Positions 44,410 through 60,697 of a stretch of DNA of 64,000 nt are shown one piece after another (positions within the stretch are counted from its first letter, which is position 1; each line of letters opens with the position of its first letter). The translations under genes were made by a program, and so were the position numbers. This DNA comes from Eledone cirrhosa (Eukaryota): positions 40,920,001 to 40,984,000 of the forward strand of contig OZ024753.1 in NCBI GenBank assembly GCA_964016885.1. The letters are read 5' to 3'. The notes beneath the pieces were generated by a model that was not told the origin of the DNA, ran no database searches, and saw only the letters and a list, made by a program, of their open reading frames with translations.

Positions 44410-45272
44410 ATATATATATATATACCTATTTATGTATCTATCTATCTATCTATCTACCTACCTACCTACCTACCTACCTACCTACCTACCTACCTACCTA
44501 CCTACCTATATATCTCTCTCTCTTTCTCTCTCTCTCCCTCTCTATCTATCTATCTATCTATCTACCTATCTATATATCTCTCTCTCTTTCTCTCTCTCTC
44601 CCTCTCTCTCTATCTATCTATCTATATCTCTCTCTCTCTCTTTCTCTCTCTCCCTCTCTCTCTATCTATCTATCTATCTACCTATCTACCTATATCTCTC
44701 TCTCTTTCTCTCTCTCTCTCCCTCTCTATCTATCTATCTATCTATCTACCTACCTACCTACCTATATATATCTCTCTCTTTCTCTCTTTCTTTCTCTCTC
44801 TCTCTCCCTCCCTCTCTATCTATCTATCTATCTATCCACACCTAATATATTCATGTATCAATCAGTTTATGAATATTTCTGTCTGTCTGTCTGACTATCT
44901 AACTCTCTCCACCTTCACCCACCCTCACCCCACCATCACTCCACCCTCACCCCACCATCACTCCACCCTCATCCCACCATCACTCTACCCTCACACCACA
45001 CCACATTTCCATCGGGTAACTTCCTTCGGTCTATCTGTCTGTCTGTCGCCTTCTCACTCCCTCAGGATTTCTTTCTTTCTCATTCTTTCTCTCCCTTTCA
45101 CCCCCCCCCCTCTCTCTCTCTCTCTTCTCAATCCCTCCCATGTAAATATATATTGATGTGTCAGTCTGTCTGTCTCTCTGTCAGTCTATCTGTCTATCTA
45201 TTAGTTCTCCCTATATCTCTTAGCAAACTTAACTCACTCTTTCCCTCCCTCCTTGTATCTTATTCATTATCA

Positions 45273-45307
<35 letters not shown>

Positions 45308-46298
45308 TCATCTTCATCTCTCCCTTCATCTTTCTCTCTCTTCCTCTCTCCTTCATCTCTCTCTCTCCTTTACTCTCTCCCTCTCTCCTTCATCTCTCTC
45401 TCTCTCCTTTACTCTCTCTCCCTTCATCTTTCTCTCTCTTCCTCTCTCCTTCATCTCTCTCTCTCCTTTACTCTCTCCCTCTCTCCTTCATCTCTCTCTC
45501 TCTCCTTTACTCTCTCTCCCTCTCTACTTTATCTCCCTCTCTCCTTCCCTCCCTCCGTCTACCTCATTCGTTCTCAATCTCTCTCCTTCATTCTATTCAC
45601 CTCTCACGTTCTTTATCTCTCTCTATCACCCATCCTCTCTCCACTCTCTCTACCTCTCTATTCCTCTGACTCTCCCTCTATCTCCCTTTACTCCCCTCTC
45701 TCTACCTCTCTATTCCCCACTCTCTACCTCTCTATCCCCCTCTCTCTATTCGTCTCTCTCTCTATCTCCCTTTACTCCCCCTCTCTCTACCTCTCTATAC
45801 TCCTCTCTCTACCTCTCTATCCCCCTCGCTCTACCTCTCTCTTCCCCACACTCTACTTCTCTACCCCCTCTCTCTACCTCTCTATCCACTCTCCTTACCT
45901 CTCTCTCCCTCTCTCTACCTCTCTATCCCCCTCTCTCTACCTCTCTATTCCCGACTCTCTACCTCTCTATCCCCCTCTCTCTACCTCTCTATCCCCCTCT
46001 CTCTACCTCTCTATCACTCTCCCTCTCTCTACCTCTCTCTCTACCTCTATCCCCCCCTCTCATGTCTAACTCTCTCACTCTCTCTCCTGTTCAATATATT
46101 AATATATTGATGTGTCTATCTGCCTATTACCTCCCACCCCACCCCACCTAACACATCACCCTCTCTCTCTCTTTATACCTCTTACTACTATTCAGCCCCT
46201 CTATCCATATTCCTCCCACTCTGTCTCTTTCTCTCTATCTCTCTCTGCATATACATACATATATATATATATATACATACATATATATATATATATAT

Positions 46299-46365
<67 letters not shown>

Positions 46366-46494
46366 TATATAAAGATATATTTATATATATATATGTGTAT
46401 ATATTATATATATATACACATATATATATAAACATATTTATATATATATATGTGTATATATATATATATACACATATATATATAAACATATATT

Positions 46495-46542
<48 letters not shown>

Positions 46543-46568
46543 AACATATATTTATAAATATATATATG

Positions 46569-46631
<63 letters not shown>

Positions 46632-46774
46632 GTGTGTGTGTATATATATATATATATATCTTTTCTTACCAATAAACTGATGTACTATTTCCTTTGATCC
46701 CCATCCCCTTCACTTCCAGAGACCCCCCTCAACTCACTTTCTGCCTCATATCATTTCTCATGTACACACACACA

Positions 46775-46814
<40 letters not shown>

Positions 46815-46868
46815 CTCTCTTCCTCCCTCTCTCTTTCTCTCATTCACCATTTCCTTCTCTGTATTTCA

Positions 46869-46901
<33 letters not shown>

Positions 46902-46904
46902 AAT

Positions 46905-47611
46905 GTCTCAGTGTGAGTGGGGGGTGTATATGTATATATATGTGAGTGTGAGTCCGTGTATGTGTGTATGTGTGTATGTGTGTGTGTGTCAGTGTGAGTA
47001 TGTGTATGTGTGTGTATGTGTGTGTCAGTGTGTGTGTGTGTGTGTGTATGTCTCAGTGTGAGTGGGTGTATATGTATATATATGTGAGTGTGAGTCCGTG
47101 TAGGTGTGTATGTGTGTATGTGTGTGTGTCAGTGTGAGTATGTGTATGTGTTTGTATATGTGTGTCAGTGTATGTCAGTGCGTGTGTGTGTGTGTGTATG
47201 TCTCAGTGTGAGTGGGTGTATATGTATATATATGTGAGTGTGAGTCCGTGTATGTGTGTGTGTGTGTGTGTGTGTCAGTGTGTGTGTCAGTGTGAGTATG
47301 TGTACGTGTGTGTATGTGTGTGTCAGTGTGCGTGTGTGTGTGTGTGTGTGTGTATGCCTCAGTGTGAGTGGGTGTATATGTATATATATGTGAGTGTGAG
47401 TCCGTGTAATGTGTGTATGTGTGTGTATGTCAGTGTGAGTATGTGTATGTGTGTGTACGTGTGTGTGTCAGTGTATGTGAGTGTGAGTATGTGTGTGTGT
47501 CAGTGTATGTGAGTGTGAGTCCGTGTATGTGTGTCAGTGTGAGTATGTGTATGTGTCTGTGTGTCAGTGTGAGTATGTGTATGTGTGTGTATGTGTGTGT
47601 CAGTGTATGTC

Positions 47612-47630
<19 letters not shown>
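46905..47630. repeat. ~150-bp higher-order (TG)-rich repeat
   Basis: CTCAGTGTGAGTGGGTGTATATG...GAGTCCGTGTA recurs near 46906, 47051, 47201 and 47357. Confidence 0.75.
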
Positions 47631-47674
<44 letters not shown>

Positions 47675-48080
47675 ATATAGTATTATATTAGTAATACGTG
47701 TGATGTGTCAATCAGCCAGTCAACCAAACCTCTACATATGACCCCCCTCCCTCCCCCACTGCTCTGCAGTCAACACATCAATATACGTCATTCTACCTTC
47801 ATTCAGTCACCCTACCCCTCACTCACTCTCTCACACCCTACCGTCACACACTGGCACACACACACACACACACTCACACACACACACTGGCACACACACA
47901 CACATACTCACATTCAAACATACATGTACACACACATACATACATATGCAGTATTGTGACCCAACGCACATACACTGGTACACACACACACACACACTGG
48001 CATACACACACACACACACTCACACTCACACATTCGCACATACATACATACATACATACATACATACATACATACATACA

Positions 48081-48111
<31 letters not shown>

Positions 48112-48215
48112 GCAGTATTGCTCCAGTTTAACAATATAATAGTGATGTGTGACTATGTATATCTGTCTAACTATCGTTCCCTTCTGCCAGACTCTGAATA
48201 ATCTCTCTCTCTCTC

Positions 48216-48282
<67 letters not shown>

Positions 48283-48367
48283 TTCTCTCTTTAAATATTT
48301 ACACATTAACACATTAACACACTCAACACCACAAACAATAATACATGTCTCACTCTCAAATATATAT

Positions 48368-48500
48368 CTAGCTGTCGAAACGGCCGGAGCTCAGCCGTCG
48401 GGGTTCTGACTTTTTTCCTATTGTCCACTCTACTGCCCAAAGTATCGAGTACTCTGGTGCGTTATGGTCCACCTGGTTCCTTACCACACTTCCTTCGTTA
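48368..48500 (+). mobile_element. Family A copy
   Basis: GCTGTCGAAACGGCCGGAGC...CCTTCGTTA(TA)n. Confidence 0.75.
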
Positions 48501-48507
48501 TATATAT

Positions 48508-48627
<120 letters not shown>

Positions 48628-48690
48628 GAGAGGAAATAGTATATATTTTATCTTGTGATTCTATAGACATGTTTTATGATATATATATGG

Positions 48691-48749
<59 letters not shown>

Positions 48750-48821
48750 GGAGCTTCCAACAGTAATGGTTGCATTCTTTAAGGGTATGTCAATATTTAT
48801 TTATAAAACTGATCTATATTA

Positions 48822-48886
48822 TATTTTATCTGATGAAAGCACACCATAATTTAACTTGGTGTCCTTGAAATATGTATAATGAAATA
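48822..48886 (+). ncRNA. Type I minimal hammerhead ribozyme (family H; element about 48747-49017)
   Basis: TATTTTAT-CTGATGA-AAGCACACCA-loop10-TGGTGTCCTT-GAAA-TATGTA-TA-ATGAAATA. Confidence 0.8.
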
Positions 48887-49212
48887 AATATGGTTTTATA
48901 AATATAGTTTCCATTTGTTAATATCGTATTTTTACTCCAAATATTTGTTGAGTGCTTTCTATCAGTTATAAAAATATTTGCTTGTTGTATCCCCAATAAT
49001 TTAAATAGAACTTTTACATATATATATATATATATATATTTATTAAAATAACAGATTAAAGTTTAAGCAAGAATATATATATATATATATCGTTTTTCTT
49101 TATATATCTGTGTGTGTACGTAGGATTATATAATCTTATACATATATAAATTTATATACAACACTTCCTAACAGAGGAAACAAACGTTAAATAAAGATAA
49201 TATGTGTGCGTG

Positions 49213-49260
<48 letters not shown>

Positions 49261-49852
49261 TGTGTGTGTGTGTGTGCGTGCGCGTGTGTGTGTGTGTGTG
49301 TGTGGTCAATATATCGACTTCATTAAAATGAGAAGTATTAGCAGCAGTCTTCGTAATTATTCATTACATATCAATACTCAGTTATGCACCATTCTATAAA
49401 GAGCCATATATATATATATATGGAACAGTACAAACGGCGTGCTGCACTTAAATCAGCCTTAATTGATTATTGTGATGCAAGCCCCATGCTATGACATAAT
49501 TAGTTATTTAATTGACATTTCTTTCGGGTTCTATATTCTGTAGAGAATTTGGGGAAAGTTTATTCCACTGACCTTCAGTGCCAGTTAAATACTGAGGTCG
49601 ATTTAAGGGGTAAACACGCAATTATAACGGGGGAAAATGTTTAATAAATAAGAAAATATACATATATATATATATGTATAGATAGATAGATAGATACATA
49701 GAAGAATGGATGGATGGAAGGCTAGCTAGGTAGGCAGATAGATAAACAGACAGATAGCAAAATTGCAAAACTTGTGCTTAAACGAGAAACCTTTGATTGA
49801 CTCTCTATGGAGAATTTGGGCAAGGCTTTTTCGACAGACTTTCAGCAAATGA

Positions 49853-49914
49853 GCATGGCAGCATGGCAGCATGGCAGCATGGCAGCATGACAGCATGGCA
49901 GCATGGCAGCATGG
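49853..49914. repeat. (GCATGGCA)n 8-bp tandem repeat
   Basis: About 7.5 copies. Confidence 0.9.
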
Positions 49915-50426
49915 TAGTTAATACCAACAAATATAGACAGATGTGTGGAGTTTCGTGTTCCTCTATTGACGAGATAATGCATTTTTGGTAAGCCTAAATG
50001 ATAACAAACAAGACATTTTCCCCCCGAGCGCTTGACATATGGACGGAGCAAGACTTCACTTGTATGCCATTTGAAGAAGTTTCTCAATTTAATAGTGAAT
50101 TCGCAATAATGCTGTTTGACACAAACACGAATAGTGTTGATAACCATGACAACGACGATGATGATGATTGTAATCATATTTTTTTTCATTTCATTCTACC
50201 AATCAATCTATCTGTATAAAACCCCCCTCTCTATCTCTCTATCTCTATCTATCTATCTTCTTCTTCTTCTTCTTCTTCTTCTTCTTCTTCTTCTTCTTCT
50301 TCTTCTTCTTCTTCTTCTTCTTCTTCTTCTTCTTCTTCTTCTTCTTCTTCTTCTTCTTCTTCTTCTTCTTCTTCTTCTTCTTCTTTTACTTCATCATCAT
50401 CATCCTCAACATCATCAGTATCGTCG

Positions 50427-50460
<34 letters not shown>

Positions 50461-51242
50461 TTTTTCTTCTTCTTCTCCTTCTCCTTCTCTTTCTTCTTCT
50501 TCTCCTTCTCTTTCTTCTTCTTCTTCTTCTTCTTCTTCTTCTTCTCCTTCTTCTTCATCTTCTACTTCATCATCATCATCTTCTTCTCCTTCTCTTTCTT
50601 CGTCTCCTTCTTCTTCTTCTTCTTCTTCTTCTTCTTCTTCTTCTTCTTCTTCTTCTTCTTCTTCTTCTTCTTCTTCTTCTTCTTCTTTTTCTTCATCTTC
50701 TTCATCTTCCACTTCATCATCATCATCATCGTCTACTTCTGTTTCACTATCATATGTGTTATTCTCTCATCACTTCTAGACTCTTCTTGACAAGAGAATC
50801 ACCTAGCTGATAATTCCCTGCTCGTGCCATACAAACCAACATCAAAGACACGGTTATCGATAAGACGAGAGTTCCTATTTAGTTTTCCTCTTTCATATAT
50901 ATATATATATATAGCTGTGTGTCTATCTATCTATCTTTCTATCTACCCATTTATATATCTATCTATATTTATTCATTTATTCATGTCTCGTTCTTTCACT
51001 CTTTATATCTTTCTACATTTTCTTGTTTTTTTTCCCTTTTTCTGCTCCTCCTTATCCTTCTCCTCTCCATTGTCATTTTCCTTCCATTTCAACAAACTAT
51101 TAACTATCATGCAATCCTCTCCAAGACTTCTGAAGAAATAGAGTAAGACTTCTGTTTATATCCTTGTAATATCATTTTGGTTTTGACTTTATATGTGATT
51201 CAACAAAAATCGATTTTGGTTTTGACAAAAGTAACCTTAGTG

Positions 51243-51355
<113 letters not shown>

Positions 51356-51422
51356 AGAGCGTGAAATTAATAAACATTCGTTGTACTGCCTCTCTGTTTT
51401 GTCCCTGTTCAAATTGTTCCAT

Positions 51423-51457
<35 letters not shown>

Positions 51458-51485
51458 ATTTCTACCTATCTATCTAGCTCTCCAT

Positions 51486-51523
<38 letters not shown>

Positions 51524-51600
51524 GTCTGTCTATCTCTCTCTCTCTATATATATATATATATTTCCATCTAATTTCTACCTATCTATCTATCCATCCATCC

Positions 51601-51646
<46 letters not shown>

Positions 51647-51661
51647 ATATCTATCTATCTA

Positions 51662-51771
<110 letters not shown>

Positions 51772-52123
51772 CTTATTTATTTTCTTATTTATTAAACATT
51801 TTTCCCCATTATAATTGCGTGTTTGCCCCTGCCTGGCCTTAGAGATGGAAGGAGATAACTTTCTCAGTTTAAACGTTATAACAGAATAAAGAGATAAAAA
51901 ATCTAAATCGAAATAAATTTTTGATAAAAATAAAATATATTTTGTGCCTAGTAAAATATCAATGGAATAAAGAAGAGTTTTGAGGACGATAATAAATAAA
52001 GAACATTAGATGAATATAAATCAAAAAGATAAAGAAAGGGAAATGGGATAAGGCAAAGAAATGATCGGCAAATGGAATAGAATTAAAAGTGAATGTAATT
52101 TTTATACAAAAAAAGAAACGTTT

Positions 52124-52174
<51 letters not shown>

Positions 52175-52184
52175 ATGTGTGTGT

Positions 52185-52232
<48 letters not shown>

Positions 52233-52266
52233 ATATATATATATATATGTATTTTAGATTATATAC

Positions 52267-52300
<34 letters not shown>

Positions 52301-52363
52301 TATATATATAGATATATAGATATATAGATATAGATATTTGTATATATATATATACATGAAATG

Positions 52364-52414
<51 letters not shown>

Positions 52415-53489
52415 ATTACAAAGAGGGAGAAAGAGGGAGAAACCGAACAGCAAATTTGAAAAAAAAAAAAACGAAAAAAAAACAAGGAAATAATATTACG
52501 ATAGCACCGAAAAGAAAAAAAATGAATTAAAACTGCAGAAAAAATATGGATGACCAAACGAAGAGGAATGAAGATTAAATGTGATAAAATAGACAAATGG
52601 GGAGAAGAAGAAAATATGTGAGATAGAAGAATGTTCTAGGAATGAAATAAAGTACTTAGTGGATGAAAGAGAATTGATAGGAAGGGCTGTGGTGGTGGTG
52701 GTGCGGTGGTGGTGGTGATGTTGGTGGTTATGGTGCTGAGGAAGTGTTGGTGGTGGAGGTGCTTGGTGTGGTGGTGGTGGTGGTGGTGGTGGTGGTGGTG
52801 GTGGTGGTGGTTGTGGTGGAGATGGTGGTGGTAGTGGTGGTGGTGGAGGTGGTGGTGGAGTTGGTGGAGGTGGTGGTGGTGGTGGTGGTGGTGGTGGTGG
52901 TGGTGATGGTGCTGAGGAAGTGTTGGTGGTGGAGGTGCTGGGTGTGGTGGTGGTGGTGGTGGCGGTGATGGTGGTGAAGAAGTGTTGGTGGTGGAGGTGC
53001 TGGGGGGGGAGGTGATGGTGGTGAGGAGGTGTTGGTGGTGGAGGTGCAGGGTGTGGTGGTGGTGGTGGTGGTGGTGGTGTTGGTGGTGAGGAAGTGTTGG
53101 TGGTGGAGGTGCTGGGTGTGGTGGTGGTGGTGGTGGTGGTGATGGTGTTGATATGGTGAAGGTGCCGGTGGTGAGGGTGGTGCTGGTGGTGGTGGTGGTG
53201 GTGTTAGTGTGGTGGAGGTCGCGATGGTGCTGGTGTTGCTGGTGGTATTGTGTTGGGAACTGTCGATATAACATTTAGATAAACTGGACGAAGATCTAAT
53301 GAATTATGGGAAATCTGATGATATCGAAAATGAAAGAGGATAAGAGGATAAGTCAATGTGAAGTTGCTGAGGTGGTGGTGAGGGTGTTGTATTGTTGTTT
53401 TTTGGTGGTGGTGGTGGTGGCGGTGGTGGTTGTAGTGGCAATGATGTTGTGGGTAATCTTCCTGTCGTTGGTGGTAGTTTTGAGTGTAG

Positions 53490-54680
53490 TGTTGTTGTTG
53501 ATGTTGATCGTCATGTAAACGATGGTGTTGGTGGTGAGGGTAGTGATGGTGGTAAGTGGCGTATTTTTTGGTGTTGCTAAATGTCTCTGATGGCGGTCAT
53601 TATAGAGATGATGGTGATGGTAGTGAAGGTAGTGTTGTTGTTCATGTTGATTGTCATGTAAGCGATGGCGGTGGTGACTGTGTTGGTGGTGAGGGTAGTG
53701 ATGGTGGTAAGTGGCGTATTTTTGGTGTTGCTAAATGTCTCTGATGGCGGTCATTATAGAGATGATGGTGATGGTAGTGAAGGTAGTGTTGTTGTTCATG
53801 TTGATTGTCATGTAAGCGATGGCGGTGGTGACTGTGTTGGTGGTGAGGGTAGTGATGGTGGTAAGTGGCGTATTTTTGGTGTTGCTAAATGTCTCTGATG
53901 GCGGTCATTATAGAGATGATGGTGATGGTAGTGAAGGTAGTGTTGTTGTTCATGTTGATTGTCATGTAAGCGATGGCGGTGGTGACTGTGTTGGTGGTAA
54001 GCGTAGTGATGGTGGTAAGTGGCGTATTTTTGGTGTTGTTAAATGTCTTTGGTGGCGGTTATTATAGAGATGATGGTGATGGTAGTGAAGGTGGTGTTGT
54101 TGTTCATGTTGATGGTCATGTAAGCGATGGTGATGGTGACTGTGTTGGTGGTGAGGGTAGTGATGGTGGTAACTGGCGTATTTTTGGTGTTGTTAAATGT
54201 CTTTGGTGGCGGTTATTATAGAGATGATGGTGATGGTAGTGAAGGTAGTAGTGTTGTGGTTCATGTTGATCGTCATGTAAGCGATGGTGGTGGTGACTGT
54301 GTTGGTGATGAGGGTAGTGATGGTGGTAACTAGCGTATTTTGGTGTTGTTAAATGTCTTTGGTGGCGGTTATTATAGTGATCATGGTGGTGGTAGTGAAG
54401 GTAGTGTTGTTGATTTTGTTGTTATTGTTGGGTGGTTTTGAGGGTAGTATTACTGTTGTTAATGGTGTTGATGGTAGTGTTGGCTGTTACTGTTGTTGAT
54501 GATGGTCGTCATGTAAGCGATGGTGGTGGTGAGTGTGTTGGCGGTGAGTGTAGTGATGATGGTACGTGGAGTATTTTTGGTGTTGTTAAATGTCTTTGAT
54601 GGCGGTCATTATAGTGATGATGGTGATGGTACTGAGGGTAATGTTGTTGTTGATTTTGTTGTTGTTATTGGTGGTGGTGA
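53490..54680. repeat. 154-bp minisatellite, about 7 copies
   Basis: GGTAAGTGGCG at 53706, 53860 and 54014; right-hand copies diverge. Confidence 0.92.
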
Positions 54681-55618
54681 CTATGCAGGTGTTGGTGGTG
54701 GTGGTGGGGTACTGGTAGTAGTGGTGTAGGGTGACTATCATGGTGTTGGTGGTGGTGAGGGTCATGGTAGTTGGTGGAGGTGATGGGGTGCGAAGATGGA
54801 GGTAGGGAGGGGTTACCCTTAGCAAAACAAGAACTAAATGAGCAAATAACGACGGGGTTGAAACATAAATTAACATTGCCGACAGTATATGGTATAGAAA
54901 CCGAGGGTAGAAGACAGAGAGAGGGGGAGGTGGTAAATAAATAGAGGGAGGAAGTCATGTACAGAATGGCGGGGTACATTGATGAGAGATGGTGACGGAG
55001 AGACGGGGAGATACTAGAGAAGGGTCTAGGCTATTTTCATCAGTACCGATTGAGTGAATGTCACTGGTGAGAGATTAACGAATCTTGAAACAACTGTCTG
55101 GCGCTCTCAATGGCTACTGAGATGTCTGTGACATGTTCACAGAGAAAAAAAGAGAAAATTACTTTTTTCCTAACGAAGAATGTGCGTGCGTGCGTGAGTG
55201 TGTGTGTATGCTTGCGTGAGTGTATGTGTGTGTGTCTGTCTGTATGCGTGTGTGTGTGTTTATTTGTGTGAATGCGTGTATGTTTATGTGTGTGTGTATG
55301 CGTGTTTGTGCGTGTATATATGTGCGCATGTTTGTGGGTATGCGTGCATGTGTGAATGTATGTGTGTGTGTATGCATGTGTATGTATGTATGTGTGTATG
55401 TATGTGTGTGTATGTATGTGTGTTTATGTGTGGGGGTGGGCATAAGCTCTCACTCACATTCAACCATTCAATCACACACTATCTCCATGTTAAAACTACC
55501 ATGACAACCAAAATCCAATGCTATTAAAGCTGGCAGTTAGCTCCCATCAAAAATCCTAACTGGAAACCCTGCCAATCTGTCACGCTTCTCCCCCTTTTCC
55601 TTCTCTCTTTCTCCTTTT

Positions 55619-55688
<70 letters not shown>

Positions 55689-58070
55689 CATACTCACTCT
55701 CTCTCTCACTCACTGAACACCTCACCTTAGCTTCTTCATCATCCATCAGTAACATTTATCCTCCCCCATCCCACTTCTTTTTAAAGTCCATCTCACTTCT
55801 GTTTCATTCTACTCTTCATCTCCCTTCCCCTTCTCCTCCCCCCTTCCCCTTCTCCCTTCCCCTTTCTCTTCGTTTCTATCCTCATTATTTCCCCCGCTAT
55901 TTTCCACCATCACCATCATCATCACCATCAGCCTCAACAGAACAATTTTCACCATCATCATCACCATCATCATCATCACCATCATCATCATCACCATCAT
56001 CATCACCACCATTACCATCTCCTTCAGCAGCGTCATTAAGCCATCACCATCATCATCACCAACACCATCGCCATCACCACCATCATCGCCATCACCACCA
56101 TCATCGCCATCACCAACACCATCGCCATCACCACCATCATCATCACCATCTCCTTCACCCTCAACAGCATCAGTAGAACAATTTTCACCATCACCAGCAT
56201 CATTTAACCATCACCAGTTAGTCTCCTCCTCCTCCTCCCCTAACCTTCCCCCCCCCCCCCTTCATCTTACTCTTGCACCATTATCCCACTTCATCACTTG
56301 CAGGTACCAGTCACCCAAGCAGGCAGACAGCCATACAGACATGCAGGCGGACAGACGTGCAGACAGACATACACAGACTTGGAGACACACAGACAAATAT
56401 GTAGACTGACAGACAGGCAGACAGACAAGCTGGCAGAGAATCGGGGAGTTAACTTCGGCCATGAACATCACTACCACCAACCACCACCAACACCACCATC
56501 AAACACTACCACCGCCACCACCACTACCACTACCACCACCAACACCAACCACCACTACCACCATCAACACCACCATCAACACCACCACCACCGCCACCAC
56601 CACTAACCACTACCGCCACCACCCTCTACCACCACCACCACTATTAGGTTCTACTATTATACTATTACCATAACCGACCCCTCGACCAATACCCACAACA
56701 ATAACAACACCAACACCACCAACAACAACAACAACACCATCACCAACACTACAATTATGATCCCCACCAGCGCCACTACCACAACACCACCAGCAGCACC
56801 AGCACCACCACCACCACCACAAATAAGATCCCTCACCACCACCACCACCACCATCACCACCACCACCAGCACAGCACCAGCACCCACCACCACCACCACC
56901 ACCACCACCACCACCAGCATCACCACCCCACCAGCGCTACCACTACCACCACCACCACCACCACCAGTACCACCACCAGCACCACCACCCCGCCAGCGCT
57001 ACCACCACCACCACCACCACCACAAATAAGATCCTTCCAACCACCACCACCACCACTACCATCACCAGCACCACCACCACACCAGCGCTACCACTACCAC
57101 CACCATCATCACCACCACCACCACAAATAAGATCCTTACCACCACCACCACCACCACCACTACCATCACCAGCACTACCACCCAATCAGCGCTACCACTA
57201 CCACCACCATCATCACCACCAACACCACCATTCTGACAATCATCGCTAATTCAACCAACTTTGCTTGCTCTCTAAGCCTGCCAACAAGCTTGCCGTTTCA
57301 GTCAGCACGCCCGCTTGCTTTGTCACGCATCATCAGTCAGTCTTTGCTTTAGGTTTAGCATAGCACTGTTCCTTCATCATCCTTCACCCATCACACACAT
57401 ACACACACACACATACATACACACACACACAGAGACACACACACACACTGACACCACTGACACATACACACACATACAAAATACACAGAGACATACACAA
57501 TCATACATACACACATACAGACACACGCACGTAAAATACACAAGCACGTGCCAGCGAGCGAGTCTATATGTAGTCAATTGATCTGCTAGACATAGCAGTC
57601 GAACTTGCCACAAATCACATTTTACTATAGTAAGATTTAAAAAAGACACATTGTGCCACAGAAAGTCCTAACTGATCTCAACTGGAACGTGTTTGATCGT
57701 ATCTGATGACAAGCAATCATACAACAACACTAACGATCAACCATACACAAACTCAATTACATACACATACACACACACAAAAACATACACATACACACAT
57801 ACACACATACACACTCTGCTTAAATACAAAACGCTGTCTGAAGATGTCATGCCAGCCTAAATTTCGATTATGTAACAACGACGTGGTGGCGTTACAGAAA
57901 TGTGCATAACAAAAATAAGTTTAATTATGTAATAACACTATCCTTTCTGAACATTCATTCGTATATACACTGGAGCGGTGCTGTACAATTTATTTCCATC
58001 TCCGGTGTGTATATGACCAACTTATTATTCATAGTCAATCAACGCTGATGCTTCTCAGTTTCAAATGCAA

Positions 58071-58110
<40 letters not shown>

Positions 58111-58235
58111 CAGTGTGTGCGAGAGAGAGAGGGGGGAGAGGAAGAAAGAAAGAAGGGGATATATATCGACAATTGATCGATTTTCGTCAAATCGGACCGA
58201 GGTTTCAATGTTTCCGTCGGAACTCCAGGTATAAG

Positions 58236-58353
58236 GAGCAACGTGAAATAGAGTGTTTTCCTCAAGGACATAACATATTACCCGGTCCAGGAATCGAACT
58301 CACAACCTCACGATTTCAAATCAAATTCTCTTACCACTCAGCCACGCGCCTTC

Positions 58354-58355
<2 letters not shown>
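58236..58355 (-). mobile_element. Second tRNA-derived SINE family (CORE-like), 5' part
   Basis: Minus strand: GGCGCGTGGCTGAGTGG (A box)..GAGTTCGATTCC (B box)..TGTCCTTGAGGAAAACACT. Confidence 0.75.
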
Positions 58356-58395
<40 letters not shown>

Positions 58396-58602
58396 TTTTA
58401 ATTATATAATATATATATATGTATATATTTATATATATATATATATATATAATATATATATGTATATATTTATATATATATACATTTAACTATATAATAT
58501 ATATATATATATATATATATTTGTGAGTCTGTGTGTATATATATATATATATATATAATCACACATATTAAACACGCACACATTATATGCACATAAACAC
58601 CA

Positions 58603-58684
<82 letters not shown>

Positions 58685-58758
58685 TATATATATAATAAAT
58701 GTATATATATATATATGTATGTATATATATATATATATGTATATAATAAATGTATATA

Positions 58759-58862
<104 letters not shown>

Positions 58863-59002
58863 ACCAGCCAGGTGATCAAGTAATTAATAGTTATTCACGT
58901 AAGATTTATGGCAGCTTTATAGGAACATTTGGTTTTGATCTTGTATTGTTACAGTCTAAACTGACAGTTAAAATAACACGTTTTGTTGTTAGTCTTTTTA
59001 CT

Positions 59003-59101
<99 letters not shown>

Positions 59102-59316
59102 GTGCGTGTGAGTACGTGTGTGTGTGTGTTTAAGTGGTTAAATGTGTATGTGTGTGAGAGAAAGAGAGAATGAGTTTTTTATATATATATATATTTAAAA
59201 GAATAGAGGTGTATATATATATATATGTTTGTGTATGTATGTATCTATGTGTACGTGTGTGTTTAAGTGTGTATGTGTATGTGTGTGTGAGAGAGGGAGA
59301 ATGAGTTTTCTTTTTA

Positions 59317-59351
<35 letters not shown>

Positions 59352-59421
59352 CTGTGTATGTATCTATGTGTGTGTTAAGTGTATGTGTGAGAGAGAGAGA
59401 ATGAGTGAGTTTTTTTTAGTC

Positions 59422-59487
<66 letters not shown>

Positions 59488-60177
59488 ACATATGTGTATG
59501 TGTAAGAGAAAGAAAAAGAGTGACTATTCATTTTTACTCATATATATATGTGTGTGTGTGTGTGCATATGTGTGTGTTCATATGTGCGTGTGTGTATGTG
59601 TGAGAGACAGATAGTGAATGAAAGAGAGAGAGAGCGAGAGAGAGAGAGAGAGAGAGAGAGAGTGAGAGAGAGAGAGAGAGGGGGTGTGAGAGAGAGAACA
59701 GAAAATTCACATTTATAGATTTATATTCATTTTTTTATTCTCTATTATCAATTTATTATATATTTATTTTAGATTTTCTCTCACTCTATTTTAATATTAT
59801 TCCTAAGTAGGTTTATAATTTCTAAAAACACCTCTGGTCACTTCGAGGTTACAGTTACACAATTCACTAGTTTTTTTCCTGGCGTTAAGCCGCCCACCAC
59901 CACCACCACCACCTCCACCTTCTGATGTCCATTACTTCAAAAGACTCGCGTCACCCCCACCTCTACTTACTAATTGCAGCCTGTCTATATAAACAGTGTT
60001 AGTTACCTGAGAATATTGATTAATTTTGGATTATCTTTCAGCCAACTATTTAGCTACATACAGTTCTAGACCTGTAGAAGTCATTTCTATAATAAATCTG
60101 TTGTTTACACTCTACTAATGTATTGAGTACCTCACCTACTGTGGTTACCCCCGATTGAACCCGGGATTCATATCTCT

Positions 60178-60271
<94 letters not shown>

Positions 60272-60633
60272 TACATATATATATATTAAAAAAACATGAG
60301 AAGAAAGAAGAATACTGCGTGGTTGCACATGGGTTACATATGATAAAATTAGTCCTTCGTCAGTGATTTGCCAACCATCATTGATATTTCATCGCATTAA
60401 AAATCATATACCTCAGGTTGGTGCGAGCAATAACTAAAAAAAGCTATTGGGACAAGTAAATCGCGTAAAGCGAGGGGGACAAGTAAACAACATAGAAGGA
60501 AGAAAGCAACGCAAAGATGGGAATAAACAATATATATAAATGACGTATTTCCGTAGGAAAGGTAAAGGAAAAGAGAGTGCTCTATGTAGGCTACAGAGCT
60601 TTTTAGTTATGTAATAAACAACATAAGAGAATT

Positions 60634-60697
60634 ATTTCATTTACCAGTGGTTTCTTGAAGACAGATATTTATGTCTGTCTTCATTCATCAGAAAAAT
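60634..60697 (-). ncRNA. Hammerhead ribozyme motif (family E)
   Basis: Minus strand: CTGATGA-A-TGAAGACAGA-CATAAATA-TCTGTCTTCA-A-GAAA-CCACTGG-TA; perfect 10-bp stem II, stem III ACC/GGT; stem I weak. Confidence 0.65.

Noticed and set aside
49842-50219. Overlapping short ORFs in unique sequence
   Set aside because: No recognisable domain or convincing splice sites; partly built from the 8-bp repeat
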